DNA from: Squalus acanthias
Taxonomy: Eukaryota
Length of the DNA: 64,000 bases
Reading direction: 5' to 3'
Assembly: GCA_030390025.1 (NCBI GenBank)
Contig: CM059431.1
Span: 105,650,001 to 105,714,000 of the forward strand
This document shows, piece after piece, positions 63,753-64,000 of this stretch. A model generated the notes under the pieces. It did not search any database, was not told the origin of the DNA, and saw only the letters and a program-made list of their open reading frames with translations. The translations under genes and the position numbers were made by a program. The stretch's first letter is position 1. Each line of letters begins with the position of its first letter.

Positions 63753-64000
63753 GAGAGGAGGTTCCATGGTGTGCAATGAAATATTACTCACTGCGCAGAA
63801 TGATTCAGAGCTGGGAGCACAACTACATTATATCCGTTTAACAGAACCTCTATAATCATTATATACATGTAAACATATGACAAAGGCCAATACAAGACCA
63901 TGAGGCCTATCAATGTTCACCCTTTCTATTAGATAATGCAACCTCGTATTCCACTCTTCCCAGTCACTAGTAACATTAACTTTGGAGGCAGACAAATAAA

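Overview
Eukaryotic, repeat-dense genomic DNA. It is most likely from a cartilaginous fish, inferred from the mix of CR1 LINEs with an esterase ORF1, Deu-domain tRNA SINEs, L2 and Penelope-type repeats. No host protein-coding exon could be supported, so the window looks intronic or intergenic. By my rough hand-summed boundaries about two-thirds is transposon-derived. It holds two full-length but disrupted CR1 LINEs and many 3' fragments, about 8 DeuSINE-type SINEs, L2 tails, and three solo LTRs with exact 4-bp TSDs. DNA transposons are one pogo/Tigger element with perfect TIRs and an open 584-aa DD32D ORF, one internally deleted hAT, and a PIF/Harbinger series running from two-gene remnants to MITEs. 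Main observations: (1) six minimal hammerhead-ribozyme motifs in Penelope-type repeats, one inside an 82-bp near-perfect palindrome; (2) two different Harbinger-type MITEs inserted at what appears to be the same position of two separate hammerhead copies; (3) a ~3.25-kb LINE with a tRNA/Pol III-type head, no ORF1 and no AUG start, bounded by one TSD, with SINE-sized relatives nearby; (4) a 117-bp copy of nearby DNA at a LINE 5' junction. All calls were made by eye, and ends of old fragments are approximate.
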